Shown: piece by piece, positions 1 to 13,222 of the stretch
How positions within the stretch are numbered: position 1 is the first letter of the stretch
Layout: each line of letters begins with the position of its first letter
Origin: Candidatus Hydrogenedentota bacterium
Lineage (GTDB): Bacteria; Hydrogenedentota; Hydrogenedentia; Hydrogenedentales; SLHB01
Assembly: GCA_963674865.2 (NCBI GenBank)
Contig: CAXXYE010000009.1
Coordinates: 608,001-672,000 of the forward strand
Direction: 5' to 3'
Length of the DNA: 64,000 nucleotides
Program-made: the position numbers and the translations under genes
Notes under the pieces: model-generated
What the model saw: only the letters and a program-made list of their open reading frames with translations
Told to the model about the DNA's origin: nothing
Database searches by the model: none

Positions 1-218
1 TTGATGATGATAGCGTCGGCCCAGCCGGCCGCCCCCTGGACGGCATTGACCAACTCTCCCTCGACGTTGGACTGATACGTCTTCAGGGCAAAGCCAAGCT
101 CTTTGGCCTGCTCGCCGAGCATGGTGTTGATGTCTTCGAGTGTTGTTTTCCCGTAGACATCGGGCTCGCGCGTGCCGAGAAGATTCAGGTTGGGTCCATG
201 CAGCACCAGTACATTCAT
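1..218 (-). CDS. aroQ: Type II 3-dehydroquinate dehydratase (partial, runs off the window start)
   Basis: Manual translation [30 protein letters not shown]...QSNVEGELV matches the type II DHQase signature. Not in the ORF track. ATG overlaps the upstream TGA (ATGA). Confidence 0.93.
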   Translation of the reverse strand, partial: MNVLVLHGPNLNLLGTREPDVYGKTTLEDINTMLGEQAKELGFALKTYQSNVEGELVNAVQGAAGWADAIII

Positions 219-3073
219 GATGAGAGTCCCTCCTCGGCACTCAGGCGCTTTCGCACCACTTCTTCGGCTTTTTGGCGCATCTGCCGGGCTTTTCGCCGGA
301 ATGGCCGCGCATCCACGGGGCGATTGGCGTTCCGGAGCAGCAACGAGCACCTGTCGAGGGCCTCGGAGTACTCGCGCCATGCGCGGTAGGAACCGGCGTT
401 CGCTTCCGCCGCGCGCTCGTATTGCCCCAGGCACTCATCGAGGGCCGCCATGGCTCTGTGGCGGTATACATCGGCTTCCTCATGGCGGTTGGCCCTTCTC
501 AGCGCCTGTGCATATTGAATCAGCGCGTTGCTGTATTCGGCCCACACATCCACGCTGATAGGGAACAATTCCGTCGCTTTCTCGAATTCGGCCAAGCCGT
601 TCGAGTAGTACTCGGCGGCTCGCGGCCCCGCTTCGATGCTTCCCCGGAGGAAGAGGGCCTTGGCGTGCCAGCCCCGGAGCAAAGCCTGCCAGGGGCTGCG
701 CTCTACGGCGGTTTCAGCCCACTTGAGATGCGCAAGGATGTACGCAGCCCGCTTGTGGGGATCCTCGACGTGCTGCTGCAGAAGCGAGTAGCCGCTCTGG
801 ATGGTGCTCGCAATTTCGGGGTGGTGCGGGAACAGGGAGTCAATCCCCTTCAGGATCTCGAGCCACCGATCCGTTGCCTCGATCCCACACTGGCGCGCAC
901 GCTTGGGATCCCTGATGACAAGTACCGTCTGCTCCCGAATGGGCTCGTTTTCGGCAAGGGGACGCGGGGGCTTCGAACGCTCATAGAGTGTGCCGAAACT
1001 CTCGAGGGTTTTCCGATCCGGGATCAGGCTCGCGATCATCACGGCGCGTTCTGCCTTCGGCGCCTTGGGCTTGGCTCCTTGCGGCGCGGTGATCAGAAAC
1101 TGGGCTGCATTGGACTGCGTTCGGATGTATTGCGTGTTGCCCACGTTCATCAGTTGGCGTCCACCAAGGAGGTAGTCCACCGCAAACAGACGCAAGCTTG
1201 CCCCCATAACGAGGGCAATAAGCAGCAGCAGGCCCACGGCCGCCAACTGAGAGCCGTGGCTCCGCTGTGCAGCCGGCTCAGGCCTGGACGCACGAGCCAG
1301 AAACAGGCCGGCCTGAAGCATACACGCGAAACCAAGCGCCGGATTCAAGAAATTGAAGTCCACACAAGCATGCAGAACAAAGGCCAGGACGCCCGTGTAT
1401 AGCCCCGCCAAGAACCAACGTTCCTTCTGGTTCTCCTCGGCAATGATCCTCCGCGCGCCCCACAGGAAAAACCACCCCCAGAAAGCGCAGAAGGTGATGA
1501 ATCCGAAGATTCCCGTTTCACAAAGGGCCTGCAGGAAGTCATTGTGCGCCGCCTGAACCGGCCCGGCGCCGACGTACTGGTATTTGGGATAGGCGGTTCC
1601 GAAGTTTGCCAGTCCCACGCCGGCCCAGAAGTTGTCCAACGCCATGCGGAGTCCGACATCCCAATACGAGAACCGAAGCTTGAGGGAGGCGGGATCCATG
1701 AGATCCCGAATGCCCATATCGCGCCCCGATGCCTCGATGGCCGGTTTCTCGTCCGAAGCGGGGGGCTGCTTGGCGGCGTTCTGGGCCTTTGGCTGCGGCG
1801 CCTGAGCGTCAGCCCAGCTTTCCCTTTGCGCCATCAGTCCGGAAACTAACACGGCCGCAAGCAGGCCGCACATGGCGGCACGAAGACTGGCCCCCGAGAA
1901 CCTTCTTAGAAGCCTCTTGCGAAAGAGCAACATGCCGGCGGCGATCACAAAGGCGCCTCCGAGGCCTAGGGCGCCGCCGCGCGAGTAGGAGAATAGAAGT
2001 GCCAACGGGGCCAGCACAGCCGTCAAGGCAGCAATAACAAGGCCGATAACCAACCAGCAAATGCGCCCGCCCAAACGGTATTTCAACAGCCCCGTGGCCA
2101 CGGCGAGAAACAAAGGCACGGCGCCGACAAGAACGGCGAGCGTCTCCCAGTGGGCGAGTAGCGGCTGGCCCGGAAAGCGAAAGGTAATGACGAGAGAGAC
2201 AAGGAAAAACGAGGCACAGACGATGACCAGCCAGGCAACGGCCCCAATCGCAATGGCCGTCAAGCGCTCTCCCTGCTTCGCGGGCCGCCTTCTCGACTCA
2301 CCTTGGCCCGCCTCCTGAAACGCCGCTTTCAGGAGCATGAACTTCTGGATTACCTCCCCGAAAGCCAAGGGGATGCCCAATATCACGAACGCGGCCAACG
2401 CGTTCGGAAAGAGAAGGGAGCCGAAGGCACGGTTGACCTCGAGCCGGTTCACCAACTCCGGGGTGAGCATGTCCACGTCGAAGTACTGCTGCAAGAGTTC
2501 GGGATGCAGACGAATTTGCTCACGCACAAGGGGAAGCATGAATTGGTAGTGCACCAGACTGTACACCGACTCCACGAGTACCGAGACAATGAACGCGCCC
2601 AAGACGATGTGCTGCGCCACGCGTGTCCGGAGGCCGTTCGTCACAAGCACGAACAGAAAGAAATGGCCCGCCCAGATCAGAAGTGCCCGGTACGTCGCGC
2701 TGAATTGGATGCTCTGCGACGCCATCACAAGAACAACGCCCAGATATGCGCCTAGCAGAAGAATGGGAGTCTTGAAACGGATACGCTGCCCCGTAAACAG
2801 CAGTCTCATGGCCCAAATGCCCACGAGCAGCGCGATCATCCAGACAAAGTAGGTGTTATCCCCTTTGAACGTCACGCCGTCCCGCAAGGGGCGCAGGAGC
2901 ACGACAAGGGCCAGTGCAACGGCGATGAGGATGCCTAAGATATCGCGTGGCGGCCGGGCGGCGCGCGCGCTGCCTTCGCCACGAGCGCTTCTCTCTACTG
3001 ACGGCTGCTTCTCGCTCGCCCGTTCCTTCGGCGTCCCGGATGCGGCGCGGCTCGGTTTGCGTTTTTTGCTCAC
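215..3073 (-). CDS. O-antigen ligase (Wzy_C/WaaL-like) family membrane protein with C-terminal TPR-like helical region
   Basis: Many TM segments; motifs [22 protein letters not shown] and [13 protein letters not shown]. Start placed at GTG 3073, overlapping the upstream stop (GTGA). Confidence 0.8.
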   Translation of the reverse strand: MSKKRKPSRAASGTPKERASEKQPSVERSARGEGSARAARPPRDILGILIAVALALVVLLRPLRDGVTFKGDNTYFVWMIALLVGIWAMRLLFTGQRIRFKTPILLLGAYLGVVLVMASQSIQFSATYRALLIWAGHFFLFVLVTNGLRTRVAQHIVLGAFIVSVLVESVYSLVHYQFMLPLVREQIRLHPELLQQYFDVDMLTPELVNRLEVNRAFGSLLFPNALAAFVILGIPLAFGEVIQKFMLLKAAFQEAGQGESRRRPAKQGERLTAIAIGAVAWLVIVCASFFLVSLVITFRFPGQPLLAHWETLAVLVGAVPLFLAVATGLLKYRLGGRICWLVIGLVIAALTAVLAPLALLFSYSRGGALGLGGAFVIAAGMLLFRKRLLRRFSGASLRAAMCGLLAAVLVSGLMAQRESWADAQAPQPKAQNAAKQPPASDEKPAIEASGRDMGIRDLMDPASLKLRFSYWDVGLRMALDNFWAGVGLANFGTAYPKYQYVGAGPVQAAHNDFLQALCETGIFGFITFCAFWGWFFLWGARRIIAEENQKERWFLAGLYTGVLAFVLHACVDFNFLNPALGFACMLQAGLFLARASRPEPAAQRSHGSQLAAVGLLLLIALVMGASLRLFAVDYLLGGRQLMNVGNTQYIRTQSNAAQFLITAPQGAKPKAPKAERAVMIASLIPDRKTLESFGTLYERSKPPRPLAENEPIREQTVLVIRDPKRARQCGIEATDRWLEILKGIDSLFPHHPEIASTIQSGYSLLQQHVEDPHKRAAYILAHLKWAETAVERSPWQALLRGWHAKALFLRGSIEAGPRAAEYYSNGLAEFEKATELFPISVDVWAEYSNALIQYAQALRRANRHEEADVYRHRAMAALDECLGQYERAAEANAGSYRAWREYSEALDRCSLLLRNANRPVDARPFRRKARQMRQKAEEVVRKRLSAEEGLSS

Positions 3074-4176
3074 GGCTCCCGTTTTTCCCGGCGGTGATTG
3101 CCTGCGTTCATAAGTAGCACTATGAGTGAAAACACGCCCAGTGTTTGGGCCAAGATGATGAGGACGCCCGAACGGCCCACGTGCGGCAATAGCGCCGCGC
3201 CCAGCCCCGTCACGCCGGCGACAAGGAAGATGAACTCCACCGCCTGACGGGGCGACATGCCGAGGTTCACAAGCCGGTGCGAGAAATGCCGCTTGTCTCC
3301 CTTCATGATGGACTCGCCATTCCGCCACCGGATGTACACGACGCTCAACGTATCGAAGATGGGCACGCCCAAAGCCAATAGTGGCGCGGCGATGGCGGCG
3401 CGCGGCGTGCTGCCGTCGCCGCCGGCGTGATAGAACGTGCCGAGCACCGCCACCGTGGCAAGGATGTAACCGGAGAACATCGAACCGGCGTCGCCCATGA
3501 AGATTCGCGCCGGATTCAAATTGTGATAGAGAAAGCCGGCATAGGCCCCGGCGAACACCATGAGCATCACGCGGATAAACGTCTCATCGGACAGACAGAA
3601 GAAGAACGAAAACGCGGCGATTACGGAAACGCCTCCGCACAGCCCGTCCATATTGTCGAGGAAGTTAAGAGAATTTGTCATGAAAACGATCCAGAAAACC
3701 GTGGCGGCGCCCGTCATCCATGGATTGTCGATGAAAACATCAAGCCGGATGCCCGAGAGAACAAGGACCAGCCCCGCGGCCACTTGCCCCACAAGCTTCA
3801 CCTCGGGCTTCAGCGCTTTCAGGTCATCCACAAAGCCGAGAACGAATATGAGCAGGCCGCCCACGGCGATGCCCGTCAACTTCCGAATCACGTGTTCGCC
3901 CAGGAAGTTGTTGACGTGAAGCTGCACCCATTCGATGGTGTCGGCGGGAACCAGCTTCAGCACCGCTAGATTCGCAAAGATGATCAAGTAAAACGTGGAG
4001 CAGATGGCCACGCCGCCCATCAGAGGTATGGGCTCCGCGTGCACCTTGCGCTCGCCGGGCTGATCCAAAACACGCCAGCGGATGGCAGCCTTCCGGACGA
4101 CGGCCGTCAAGACAAGGGAGACGGCAAATGACGCGCCCAGCGCATAGGCGTATATCAGGTACCAGTTCAGCTTCAT
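3070..4176 (-). CDS. Polyprenyl-phosphate N-acetylhexosamine-1-phosphate transferase (WecA/TagO/MraY family)
   Basis: Motifs RKVH..PIPLMGG, GFVDD, NFLDNMDGL, FMGDAGS and DKRHFSHRL. Confidence 0.9.
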   Translation of the reverse strand: MKLNWYLIYAYALGASFAVSLVLTAVVRKAAIRWRVLDQPGERKVHAEPIPLMGGVAICSTFYLIIFANLAVLKLVPADTIEWVQLHVNNFLGEHVIRKLTGIAVGGLLIFVLGFVDDLKALKPEVKLVGQVAAGLVLVLSGIRLDVFIDNPWMTGAATVFWIVFMTNSLNFLDNMDGLCGGVSVIAAFSFFFCLSDETFIRVMLMVFAGAYAGFLYHNLNPARIFMGDAGSMFSGYILATVAVLGTFYHAGGDGSTPRAAIAAPLLALGVPIFDTLSVVYIRWRNGESIMKGDKRHFSHRLVNLGMSPRQAVEFIFLVAGVTGLGAALLPHVGRSGVLIILAQTLGVFSLIVLLMNAGNHRREKREP

Positions 4177-5270
4177 GCCATCACTTCCTGGTATAGACGG
4201 AACTCCTCACGCGCCACCGCTTCCGCGTGAAACTCCGTCTCAACGCGGCGGCGCGCAAATTCGCCCATCCGCCGCCGTGTGGCTGCGTCGTCCAGCAAGC
4301 CATTCACGGCCGAGGCCAGCGCTTCGGGATCCCGCGGCGGCACGTTCAGTCCCGTCTGCCCATCCAAGTTGACGAACTCGACGCCGGTGCCGAGCTTCGT
4401 CGCCACCACGGCTTTGCCACAGGCGTGCGCCTCGAGCATCGAAATGCCGTAGGCCTCGCTTCGTTCAACCGAGGGGAACACGAAAAGCTCGCAGCCGTGC
4501 AGATGCGCCACAAGATCCTCTTGCGACAGTTCACCGGGAAAGGCCACCGCCACGCCGAGTTCCTCGGCCAATGCCCGGCACTGCTCCCGCTCCGGCCCGT
4601 CGCCCGCGGCCACCACCTGGGCACGGATGCTCTTCGCCGCGCGCACAAGATACTCGACACCCTTGTAGTACCGATGACGGCCGGAAAACAAGACGTAAGG
4701 CCCGCCGTAACGCTCACACAACGCCCTCAGCCGGGACTCTCCCGGGCGCGGAAACTCCTCCGGCAGAATGCCGAGCGGCACAACACGACAGCGCTCACGC
4801 ACCTCGCGCAGTGTGTCCGAGCCCGCCAGATACTGTTCGGATGCAACCAAGATCATATCAGCTTGGCGGAGGAATGTCATCAGAAACGGGCGGTACACCT
4901 TCATGGCCGACGCTTGGCGGACGACATCGCTCTGATATCGCACGATTAAACGCCCCCGCGGGCGGGCCATGAGATACGACAGCTCCGCGGTGGGATTCGG
5001 GCAGTGGATGACGATGACATCGGCCGGGAACTTGCGTATGTACAGGGGAAACGCCGGTGAGACGGGGGCGCTCTGAAACCGGCCCCATTCACCCACTTCC
5101 GTCACCTGCGTGCCGTCCCGCAGCACACTTCGTGTCCTGAGGGCGCGGCTGCAGGTAAGGGCCTGGACCTCCGCCCACTCCCGCTGGAATCGGCACATGA
5201 GGGCCATATGCCGTTCCATGCCGCCACGGATGGGCGGGTCGAAGTCTTTGTAAACGTGTAGAATCTTCAC
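4173..5270 (-). CDS. GT4 family glycosyltransferase
   Basis: GGMERH N-terminus and EAYGISMLEA (E-X7-E) motif. Confidence 0.9.
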   Translation of the reverse strand: MKILHVYKDFDPPIRGGMERHMALMCRFQREWAEVQALTCSRALRTRSVLRDGTQVTEVGEWGRFQSAPVSPAFPLYIRKFPADVIVIHCPNPTAELSYLMARPRGRLIVRYQSDVVRQASAMKVYRPFLMTFLRQADMILVASEQYLAGSDTLREVRERCRVVPLGILPEEFPRPGESRLRALCERYGGPYVLFSGRHRYYKGVEYLVRAAKSIRAQVVAAGDGPEREQCRALAEELGVAVAFPGELSQEDLVAHLHGCELFVFPSVERSEAYGISMLEAHACGKAVVATKLGTGVEFVNLDGQTGLNVPPRDPEALASAVNGLLDDAATRRRMGEFARRRVETEFHAEAVAREEFRLYQEVMA

Positions 5271-5326
5271 AACAGGCGAGTACCGGCGTCCACTACCCTT
5301 TCGGTCGGTTCTGGAGGGGCATTATA

Positions 5327-6439
5327 TCACCCGCCCAGCACCGCGCGGTATGTGTCGAGCGTCGCTTCGGCCGTGCGCCGCCACGTGTACTGACGCGCCT
5401 GAACCGGCCCCGCCGTAACCAGTCGTTCCCGAAGTCCCGTATTCAAGCCGATCTGAGTCAATCCATCCGCAATGGCGTCGACGTCCCAGGGGTCCACCAG
5501 CAGCGCCGCGTCGCCAACGGCCTCCGGAATGCTCGAGGTGTTGGAGGTCAGGACCGGCACGCCGCACGCCATTGCCTCGAGCGGCGGCAGGCCAAAGCCC
5601 TCCCAAAGGCTGGGCCATACGAATGCATCCGCGCAGGAGATAACCGCGGGCAAGTCTTCGGGCGCCACAAATCCGCAGAAATGTATCCGCTCGGACAATG
5701 CCGACGACGCGGCGGCTTTGCGAATCGGCCCCACTTTCCAGCCGGAGCGCCCAGCAATGACAAGCGATTGAGGACACTCCCCCGCCACGCGCGACCAAGC
5801 GTTGATCAACCGGACCAAATTCTTGCGAGGTTCCAACGTGCCCACATAGAGGAAGAACGCCTCCGGCAGGTGGTATTTCGCCCGCGCGGCGGCCTTCGCC
5901 TCGAGCGGGGCGGCTTGGAAGGCATCATCGACACCCAAAGGGATCACGTCGATGCGGTCCTCGGCAACTCCCAGGAACTCGGTGAGATCCCGCGCGGTGG
6001 CCCGCGAGTCGGCGACTACCCGTTTCGCCTGCCGGACGCTGGCCGCCACGGCGAAGCGATAGTAAGCGGCCCGCCCCAGTCGAAACCACTCCGGATGGCG
6101 GCAGAAACTCAGATCATGAACCGTCAGCACGGGATTGTGGAGGCTGATAAGATTACCGACGCTGGCCGTGTAGTGCACGATGTTTGCCATGAGCCGCGTC
6201 TGCGCCCGGCGTATGCCCATCTGATCCAGGTAGAAGCGCTTGAGCGGATTGCCGGTATCCTGCCGCAAGAACACCATCCGCTGAAGGTCGTCCTCTTGGG
6301 GCAGTGGGAGTTCCTGCGGCCAGAGCACGGCAAAGTCAAAGTCCTCGGTGAGCGCGGGAAGCCGGCGGACCAGTTCCATGGTGTAGCGTCCCGTCCCGCT
6401 AAGGTTCCCCGCTTGAAGGCCATTTATGAGGACGAGCAT
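5327..6439 (-). CDS. GT4 family glycosyltransferase (mannosyltransferase-like)
   Basis: GTLEPRKN and EGFGLPPLEAMACG; start chosen at MLVLING. Confidence 0.9.
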   Translation of the reverse strand: MLVLINGLQAGNLSGTGRYTMELVRRLPALTEDFDFAVLWPQELPLPQEDDLQRMVFLRQDTGNPLKRFYLDQMGIRRAQTRLMANIVHYTASVGNLISLHNPVLTVHDLSFCRHPEWFRLGRAAYYRFAVAASVRQAKRVVADSRATARDLTEFLGVAEDRIDVIPLGVDDAFQAAPLEAKAAARAKYHLPEAFFLYVGTLEPRKNLVRLINAWSRVAGECPQSLVIAGRSGWKVGPIRKAAASSALSERIHFCGFVAPEDLPAVISCADAFVWPSLWEGFGLPPLEAMACGVPVLTSNTSSIPEAVGDAALLVDPWDVDAIADGLTQIGLNTGLRERLVTAGPVQARQYTWRRTAEATLDTYRAVLGG

Positions 6440-7557
6440 TCGGCCAGCCTCCTGTACACATCCCATGTCGCCCGGGCGCAGGCGTCCCACGAGAAGCGCG
6501 TAGCCTGTTCCCGGCCACGGGCTATCAGCGACGCCCGACGGGCTCCGTCTTCGAGTACCTGCATGACGGCCGCGGCCAACGACTCTTCATCGGGCGTATC
6601 TACCAGGATGCCCGCATCACCAACCACCTCCGGTATCGAAGAGTTTCGGGCAGCTATGACTGGGCAGTCACAGGCCATCGCTTCGAGAAGAGGCAGCCCG
6701 AATCCCTCGTACAGACTGGGAAAAACAAAGGCGTCCGCCGCCGAGTAGAAAGCGGGAAGCTCCGAGCGAGAGCGCAAGAATCCCATTTGGGACACTCGCC
6801 CGGCGAGGTCATGCGCCTCGACCGCCTCGAATACTTCTTGCGCTCCCCAGCCCGACGGGCCGATCAGCACGAGACGGTGCGGGATGTGCGGACTGACCTT
6901 GGCAAAGGCGCGGATCAGCGCCGGCACATTCTTGCGAGGGTCAAGCGTTCCTACAAAGAGCAGGAAAGGCCCCCGCAGGCCGTAGCGGCTTTCTAGGAGC
7001 GCCGCCGCCGCGTCGCGCGGGAGTGGGGCAAAGCCCTCGTCCACTCCTGCCGACGTGACTGAGATTCTGGCGGGATCGATGTCGAAACGCCGCACTAGGT
7101 CCGCCTTGGTGGATTCGGCCATGGTGAGGACCGCGTCGGCTTCCCTCACGAAGCGCTCCAAGCCCTGCGCGAAGGAACTGACGACCTTGGGACTGCACAA
7201 GTGCGGCATTGAGACAAAACACAGGTCGTAGACGGAGACTACCCGCCGCGCCGACTCGGTGGGCGGAAGAAAATAGTTGGTAGCGTGATAGACTTCCACG
7301 CCCCGGAGCAACCGATCGACGCGCGGCGCCCCGAAACGCGTCCACATGCCGTACAACCACCGCGCGGGAAGGGGGATACGCCGGTACTTCAAGGTATTCT
7401 TGAGTTCCCCTAAGTCCGGGAGGCGCGCGTTCGGGCAGAGTCCCACAATCTCGTGGCCCGGCGTCGTTTTCAGCAGGTGTTTGAGAAGATGGTAGCAGTA
7501 GGTACCGACACCGGTACGCTTTCCGGCGAGAGGGCCGATGTCGAATCCAATCCTCAT
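6424..7557 (-). CDS. GT4 family glycosyltransferase (mannosyltransferase-like)
   Basis: GTLDPRKN and EGFGLPLLEAMAC. Confidence 0.9.
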   Translation of the reverse strand: MRIGFDIGPLAGKRTGVGTYCYHLLKHLLKTTPGHEIVGLCPNARLPDLGELKNTLKYRRIPLPARWLYGMWTRFGAPRVDRLLRGVEVYHATNYFLPPTESARRVVSVYDLCFVSMPHLCSPKVVSSFAQGLERFVREADAVLTMAESTKADLVRRFDIDPARISVTSAGVDEGFAPLPRDAAAALLESRYGLRGPFLLFVGTLDPRKNVPALIRAFAKVSPHIPHRLVLIGPSGWGAQEVFEAVEAHDLAGRVSQMGFLRSRSELPAFYSAADAFVFPSLYEGFGLPLLEAMACDCPVIAARNSSIPEVVGDAGILVDTPDEESLAAAVMQVLEDGARRASLIARGREQATRFSWDACARATWDVYRRLAECSSS

Positions 7558-7895
7558 AGAAGCTCCGGACCACGACGCAAAACGCCCGATAACATGCTGA
7601 ATACTATCAAGTTATGTCAGTTTCGTCAAATGGCCGGCGCGGCCTTTGAGTATCGCCGAAGACAGAGACGCAGAGCCCTCTGCGGCCTGACTACAACGCC
7701 TGGAAGACCGTACATGCCGGCCCTCCTTCTGGCGCCTGAAGCCGTCCAGAGCCCCCCATTATCCAGGAACCTGCAAAACGAGGCAGCACGAACACCCCTT
7801 AACGCCAGCAGCCGGCGGCGGCAAAACGACCTAAGATATTATATGGTAATATGTTACAAGGAACTCGTCGCCCATCAAACGGGTTAGTCGCGCTC

Positions 7896-7924
7896 TTGAC
7901 ACGTCGCGACCGGTATGGTAGACT
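7896..7924 (+). promoter_or_regulatory. Sigma70-type promoter of the hrcA operon
   Basis: TTGACA-17 nt-TAGACT with an extended -10 TG, immediately upstream of the CIRCE. Confidence 0.8.
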
Positions 7925-7935
7925 CCGACCAGTTG

Positions 7936-7962
7936 TTAGCACTCTATATGGCTGAGTGCTAA
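7936..7962 (+). promoter_or_regulatory. CIRCE element (HrcA operator)
   Basis: Perfect TTAGCACTC-N9-GAGTGCTAA, 12 nt before the hrcA ATG. Confidence 0.97.
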
Positions 7963-7974
7963 GGGCGTACAGAG

Positions 7975-9042
7975 ATGGCCAACGACCGGACAGCCGAGCT
8001 GAACCAACGGGAACAGCAGATCCTGCAGGCGGTCGTGCACTCATATATAACGACCGCTGAACCCGTGGGCTCTCGCTCCATTGTGAAGCGATTCGGGATG
8101 GACCTCAGTCCCGCGACGGTCCGCAATGTCATGGCGGACCTCGAGGACCAAGGTTTCCTCCAGCAATTGCACACGAGTTCCGGCCGGGTGCCGACGGACC
8201 GCGGGTATCGGTACTATGTCGACTACCTCATGCGGGTCCAGGAGCTAACCGCGTCGGAACGCTCCCGTATCGAGCGGGAATTGTCGGCGAAGCTGACCGA
8301 CGCGGACGAGATCATGCGTCAGACCAGCCACATGCTTGCGCTGGTGTCGCACCAGACGGGTCTCGTCGGCGTGCCGGACGAACATGACGCCCGGCTGCGA
8401 CGTATCGAGTTGATGTCGGTGACGCCTTCCCGCGCCGCCGTGATGCTTGTGGATAATTTCGGCCGGGTGCGGACGCTGCTGGTCGGCGTGGAAGAGCCGC
8501 TTCAGGATCATGAGGTCCCGAGGTTGAACCGGTTTCTCAACGACAACCTGAAGGGCGTCGCCATGGGAGACCTGGTTTCATCGGCCCGTTCGATCATGCG
8601 TGCCCTGATGGACGAACAGCGGCGGCTCGCGGAGCGCGCCACGCAACTTCTGAGTCTCGCGCCCATTGAGCGGCCCGGCCAGTTGTTCTTCGACGGTGCC
8701 ACGCAGCTGTTTGAGCAGCCTGAGTTTCGCGATCCTGCCAAGGCGCGAGAGGTGTTCAATCTGCTGGACGAAAGGGAGAAACTCGCGCAGCTTCTAAGGT
8801 CGCAGCTCAAGGAGAGGATGCCTGCGGGGCCGACTGTGATGATAGGTTCTGAAACGCACCAGGAAGGGCTCGAGGAAATGAGTCTGGTGACGTCCCCGTA
8901 CAAAGTCGGCGAAAAAACGGTTGGAACAATTGGCGTTCTTGGGCCGCGGCGCATGCCCTACTCCAAGTTCACGGCGGTGGTCGACTACACGTCTCGGATG
9001 TTGAGCAGACTTCTGACGCGGTTGGCCGGCGGGGGCGCGTAG
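7975..9042 (+). CDS. hrcA: Heat-inducible transcription repressor HrcA
   Basis: EPVGSR, SPATVRNVMADLE, HTSSGRVPTDRGYRYYVD and GVLGPRRMPY; upstream CIRCE. Confidence 0.97.
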   Translation: MANDRTAELNQREQQILQAVVHSYITTAEPVGSRSIVKRFGMDLSPATVRNVMADLEDQGFLQQLHTSSGRVPTDRGYRYYVDYLMRVQELTASERSRIERELSAKLTDADEIMRQTSHMLALVSHQTGLVGVPDEHDARLRRIELMSVTPSRAAVMLVDNFGRVRTLLVGVEEPLQDHEVPRLNRFLNDNLKGVAMGDLVSSARSIMRALMDEQRRLAERATQLLSLAPIERPGQLFFDGATQLFEQPEFRDPAKAREVFNLLDEREKLAQLLRSQLKERMPAGPTVMIGSETHQEGLEEMSLVTSPYKVGEKTVGTIGVLGPRRMPYSKFTAVVDYTSRMLSRLLTRLAGGGA

Positions 9043-9113
9043 CAGGTTGACGTGGGGCCGGACGGCCCGAGAGTGATCGAAGTCGAAATCCGTGATTCGG
9101 TAGAAATACACTA

Positions 9114-9752
9114 ATGAAGAAGACAAGTAGCGGTAAGAATGATTCCCCGAAGACGGAACTCGAGAAGCGCCTCGAAGCGGAACTCGCACGGAGCGATGAA
9201 GCAGCGGATGACGCCGCTGTTGAAGTGACTCCGGAAGAAATCGACGTGGCCGCCTTGATGAGCGAACGAGACGAGTTGAAGGACCAGGTTCTTCGGGCGC
9301 GCGCCGAGTTCGACAACTATAGAAAACGCGTGGCCCGCGACGCGGAACGTGTACGAAAGACGGCTGCGGAAGGCCTCGTGCGCGATCTGCTGCCCGTTGT
9401 GGATCATCTTGAACTGGCCCTTGCACACGCCGACGGCGGCGCTGACGCCCTCGCAACGGGAGTCCGAATGGTTCTGGACCAGTTCCGGGAGGTCCTGACC
9501 CGGAATGGCGTTGAGCCCATCCCCGCCGTTGGCGAGGTTTTTGATCCCAACGTGCACGAGGCCATGGACAAGCGGCCTTCGCCCGAAGTCCCTGAGGACC
9601 ACGTGAGCGAGGAGTTTCAGAAAGGCTACCGCCTGGGCGGACAGGTGCTGCGTCCGTCAAAGGTGGTCGTGAGCGCGGGTATGCCCGTGGACGAGCGCGC
9701 GGATGCCGATCCAGGCCAAGGCGACGACACGGACGAACTCGGGAATGATTGA
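9114..9752 (+). CDS. grpE: Nucleotide exchange factor GrpE
   Basis: RARAEFDNYRKR, FDPNVHEA and KGYRLGGQVLRPSKV. Confidence 0.97.
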   Translation: MKKTSSGKNDSPKTELEKRLEAELARSDEAADDAAVEVTPEEIDVAALMSERDELKDQVLRARAEFDNYRKRVARDAERVRKTAAEGLVRDLLPVVDHLELALAHADGGADALATGVRMVLDQFREVLTRNGVEPIPAVGEVFDPNVHEAMDKRPSPEVPEDHVSEEFQKGYRLGGQVLRPSKVVVSAGMPVDERADADPGQGDDTDELGND

Positions 9753-9801
9753 CACGGACGCTCAACACGCGCATCCGTAGGCGTAAGGAGGATTACCGGA
9801 A

Positions 9802-11748
<1,947 letters not shown>

Positions 11749-11832
11749 CCGAGCCGCTCCGCCGCCCTCGAAAGTGCGCCCACAAAACGAGAGGGCTGGG
11801 CACGTTCGGATTCGAGTCGCCCACGCAGTGTG

Positions 11833-12942
11833 ATGGCCCGACAGCAAGACTACTATGAGGTACTCGGCGTTTCTCGCAACGCCACGGAGGATGAGATCCG
11901 CCGTGCGTACTTGAAACTCGCTCACAAGTATCACCCTGACAAAACCGGCGGCGACAAAGCCGCCGAAGACAAACTCAAAGAGATCAACGCCGCCTACGAC
12001 ACGCTCAAGAACGCCGAAAAACGCGCCAAGTATGATCAATTCGGCCATATGGGCGAGCAATTCGGCGGCGATCCCGGATTTGGCGGCGGATTCGAGAGCC
12101 CGTTTGAGGATCTCTTTGATACCCTCTTCGGAGGGCGGCGAGGCGCGAGGCAGCGCAGAGCGGCCCCTGGCAACGACCTCGAATACCGCCTCTCCATCAC
12201 CCTTCGCGAAGCGGCGTTCGGCGCCCATAAGACCCTCTCCTTCGACCGCATGGAGGTTTGTGGCGAATGTCACGGCAATGGGGCCGCGCCCGGTACGCGC
12301 CCCGAGCCATGCTCCGCCTGCGGCGGCAGCGGCCAGGTGCGGCGCGTCCAGGGATTCTTCAGCGTCAGCCAAACCTGTTCACGATGCCGCGGCACGGGCC
12401 AGGTGGTTACGCGTCCGTGCGCGAGTTGCGGCGGGTCAGGTCATGTACGCTCCCGCCGCGAGCTGTCGGTGGATATCCCCCCGGGCGTGGATTCGGGCTC
12501 GCGCGTGCGCCTTTCGGGCGAGGGTGAACCGGGAGTGGGCGGCGGCCCCCGGGGCGATCTGTACATCCATATCACCGTCGAACCGGATGAGATCTTTCTG
12601 CGGGATGGCACCCACGTCATCTGCGAAGTGCCGCTCAGCTTCACACAGGCGGCCCTTGGCGCTGAGATCCGCGTGCCGACATTAAAAGGCGAGGCCAACC
12701 TCAAGATCCCCGGGGGAACGCAATCCGGCCAGGTATTCCGCTTGCGGGGGCAAGGCCTTCCCGACGTACGCGGCTACCGCCAAGGCGATGAACTGGTGAA
12801 AGTGCAGGTCGAGACTCCCACCAAGCTCTCCCGGGAACAGAAGGACTTGCTCAAGCAATTTGACGAGCTGAGCAACGCGAAAACCTATCCGCTTCACCGG
12901 CGGTTCATGGACACCCTCAAGCGTTCGTTCGGCAGCGAGTGA
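11833..12942 (+). CDS. dnaJ: Chaperone DnaJ
   Basis: J domain with HPD, G/F-rich region and four CxxCxGxG repeats. Confidence 0.98.
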   Translation: MARQQDYYEVLGVSRNATEDEIRRAYLKLAHKYHPDKTGGDKAAEDKLKEINAAYDTLKNAEKRAKYDQFGHMGEQFGGDPGFGGGFESPFEDLFDTLFGGRRGARQRRAAPGNDLEYRLSITLREAAFGAHKTLSFDRMEVCGECHGNGAAPGTRPEPCSACGGSGQVRRVQGFFSVSQTCSRCRGTGQVVTRPCASCGGSGHVRSRRELSVDIPPGVDSGSRVRLSGEGEPGVGGGPRGDLYIHITVEPDEIFLRDGTHVICEVPLSFTQAALGAEIRVPTLKGEANLKIPGGTQSGQVFRLRGQGLPDVRGYRQGDELVKVQVETPTKLSREQKDLLKQFDELSNAKTYPLHRRFMDTLKRSFGSE

Positions 12943-13145
12943 GGCGAAGGGCCTTTGCCGAGGGAAGCTCCGCAATCGCCGGATAACTCAGCAGCGCCGC
13001 GCACACGGCGCTTGGATGTGACGCCGTCTTTCGAGAGTGACTCGCCAGATGGGTGAGGCTAGCCATTTCGACAGTGTCTTTGTCTCCAATGACTTGACGC
13101 GTGGCACGATTGGCGACCTGGCCGCCGGGGGCAAGCCACCGGGCG

Positions 13146-13174
13146 TTGATCACCTGCTGTTCATTCGCTACAAT
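13146..13174 (+). promoter_or_regulatory. Putative sigma70 promoter for hldE
   Basis: TTGATC-17 nt-TACAAT. Confidence 0.5.
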
Positions 13175-13222
13175 CACGCCCGATTATCCCCCACATGAAG
13201 ATACGTGAAAGAGAATACGATC

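Noticed and set aside
3074..3328. N-terminal extension of the ligase ORF
   Set aside because: Lies within the WecA-like gene in another frame; the GTGA overlap gives the more likely start.
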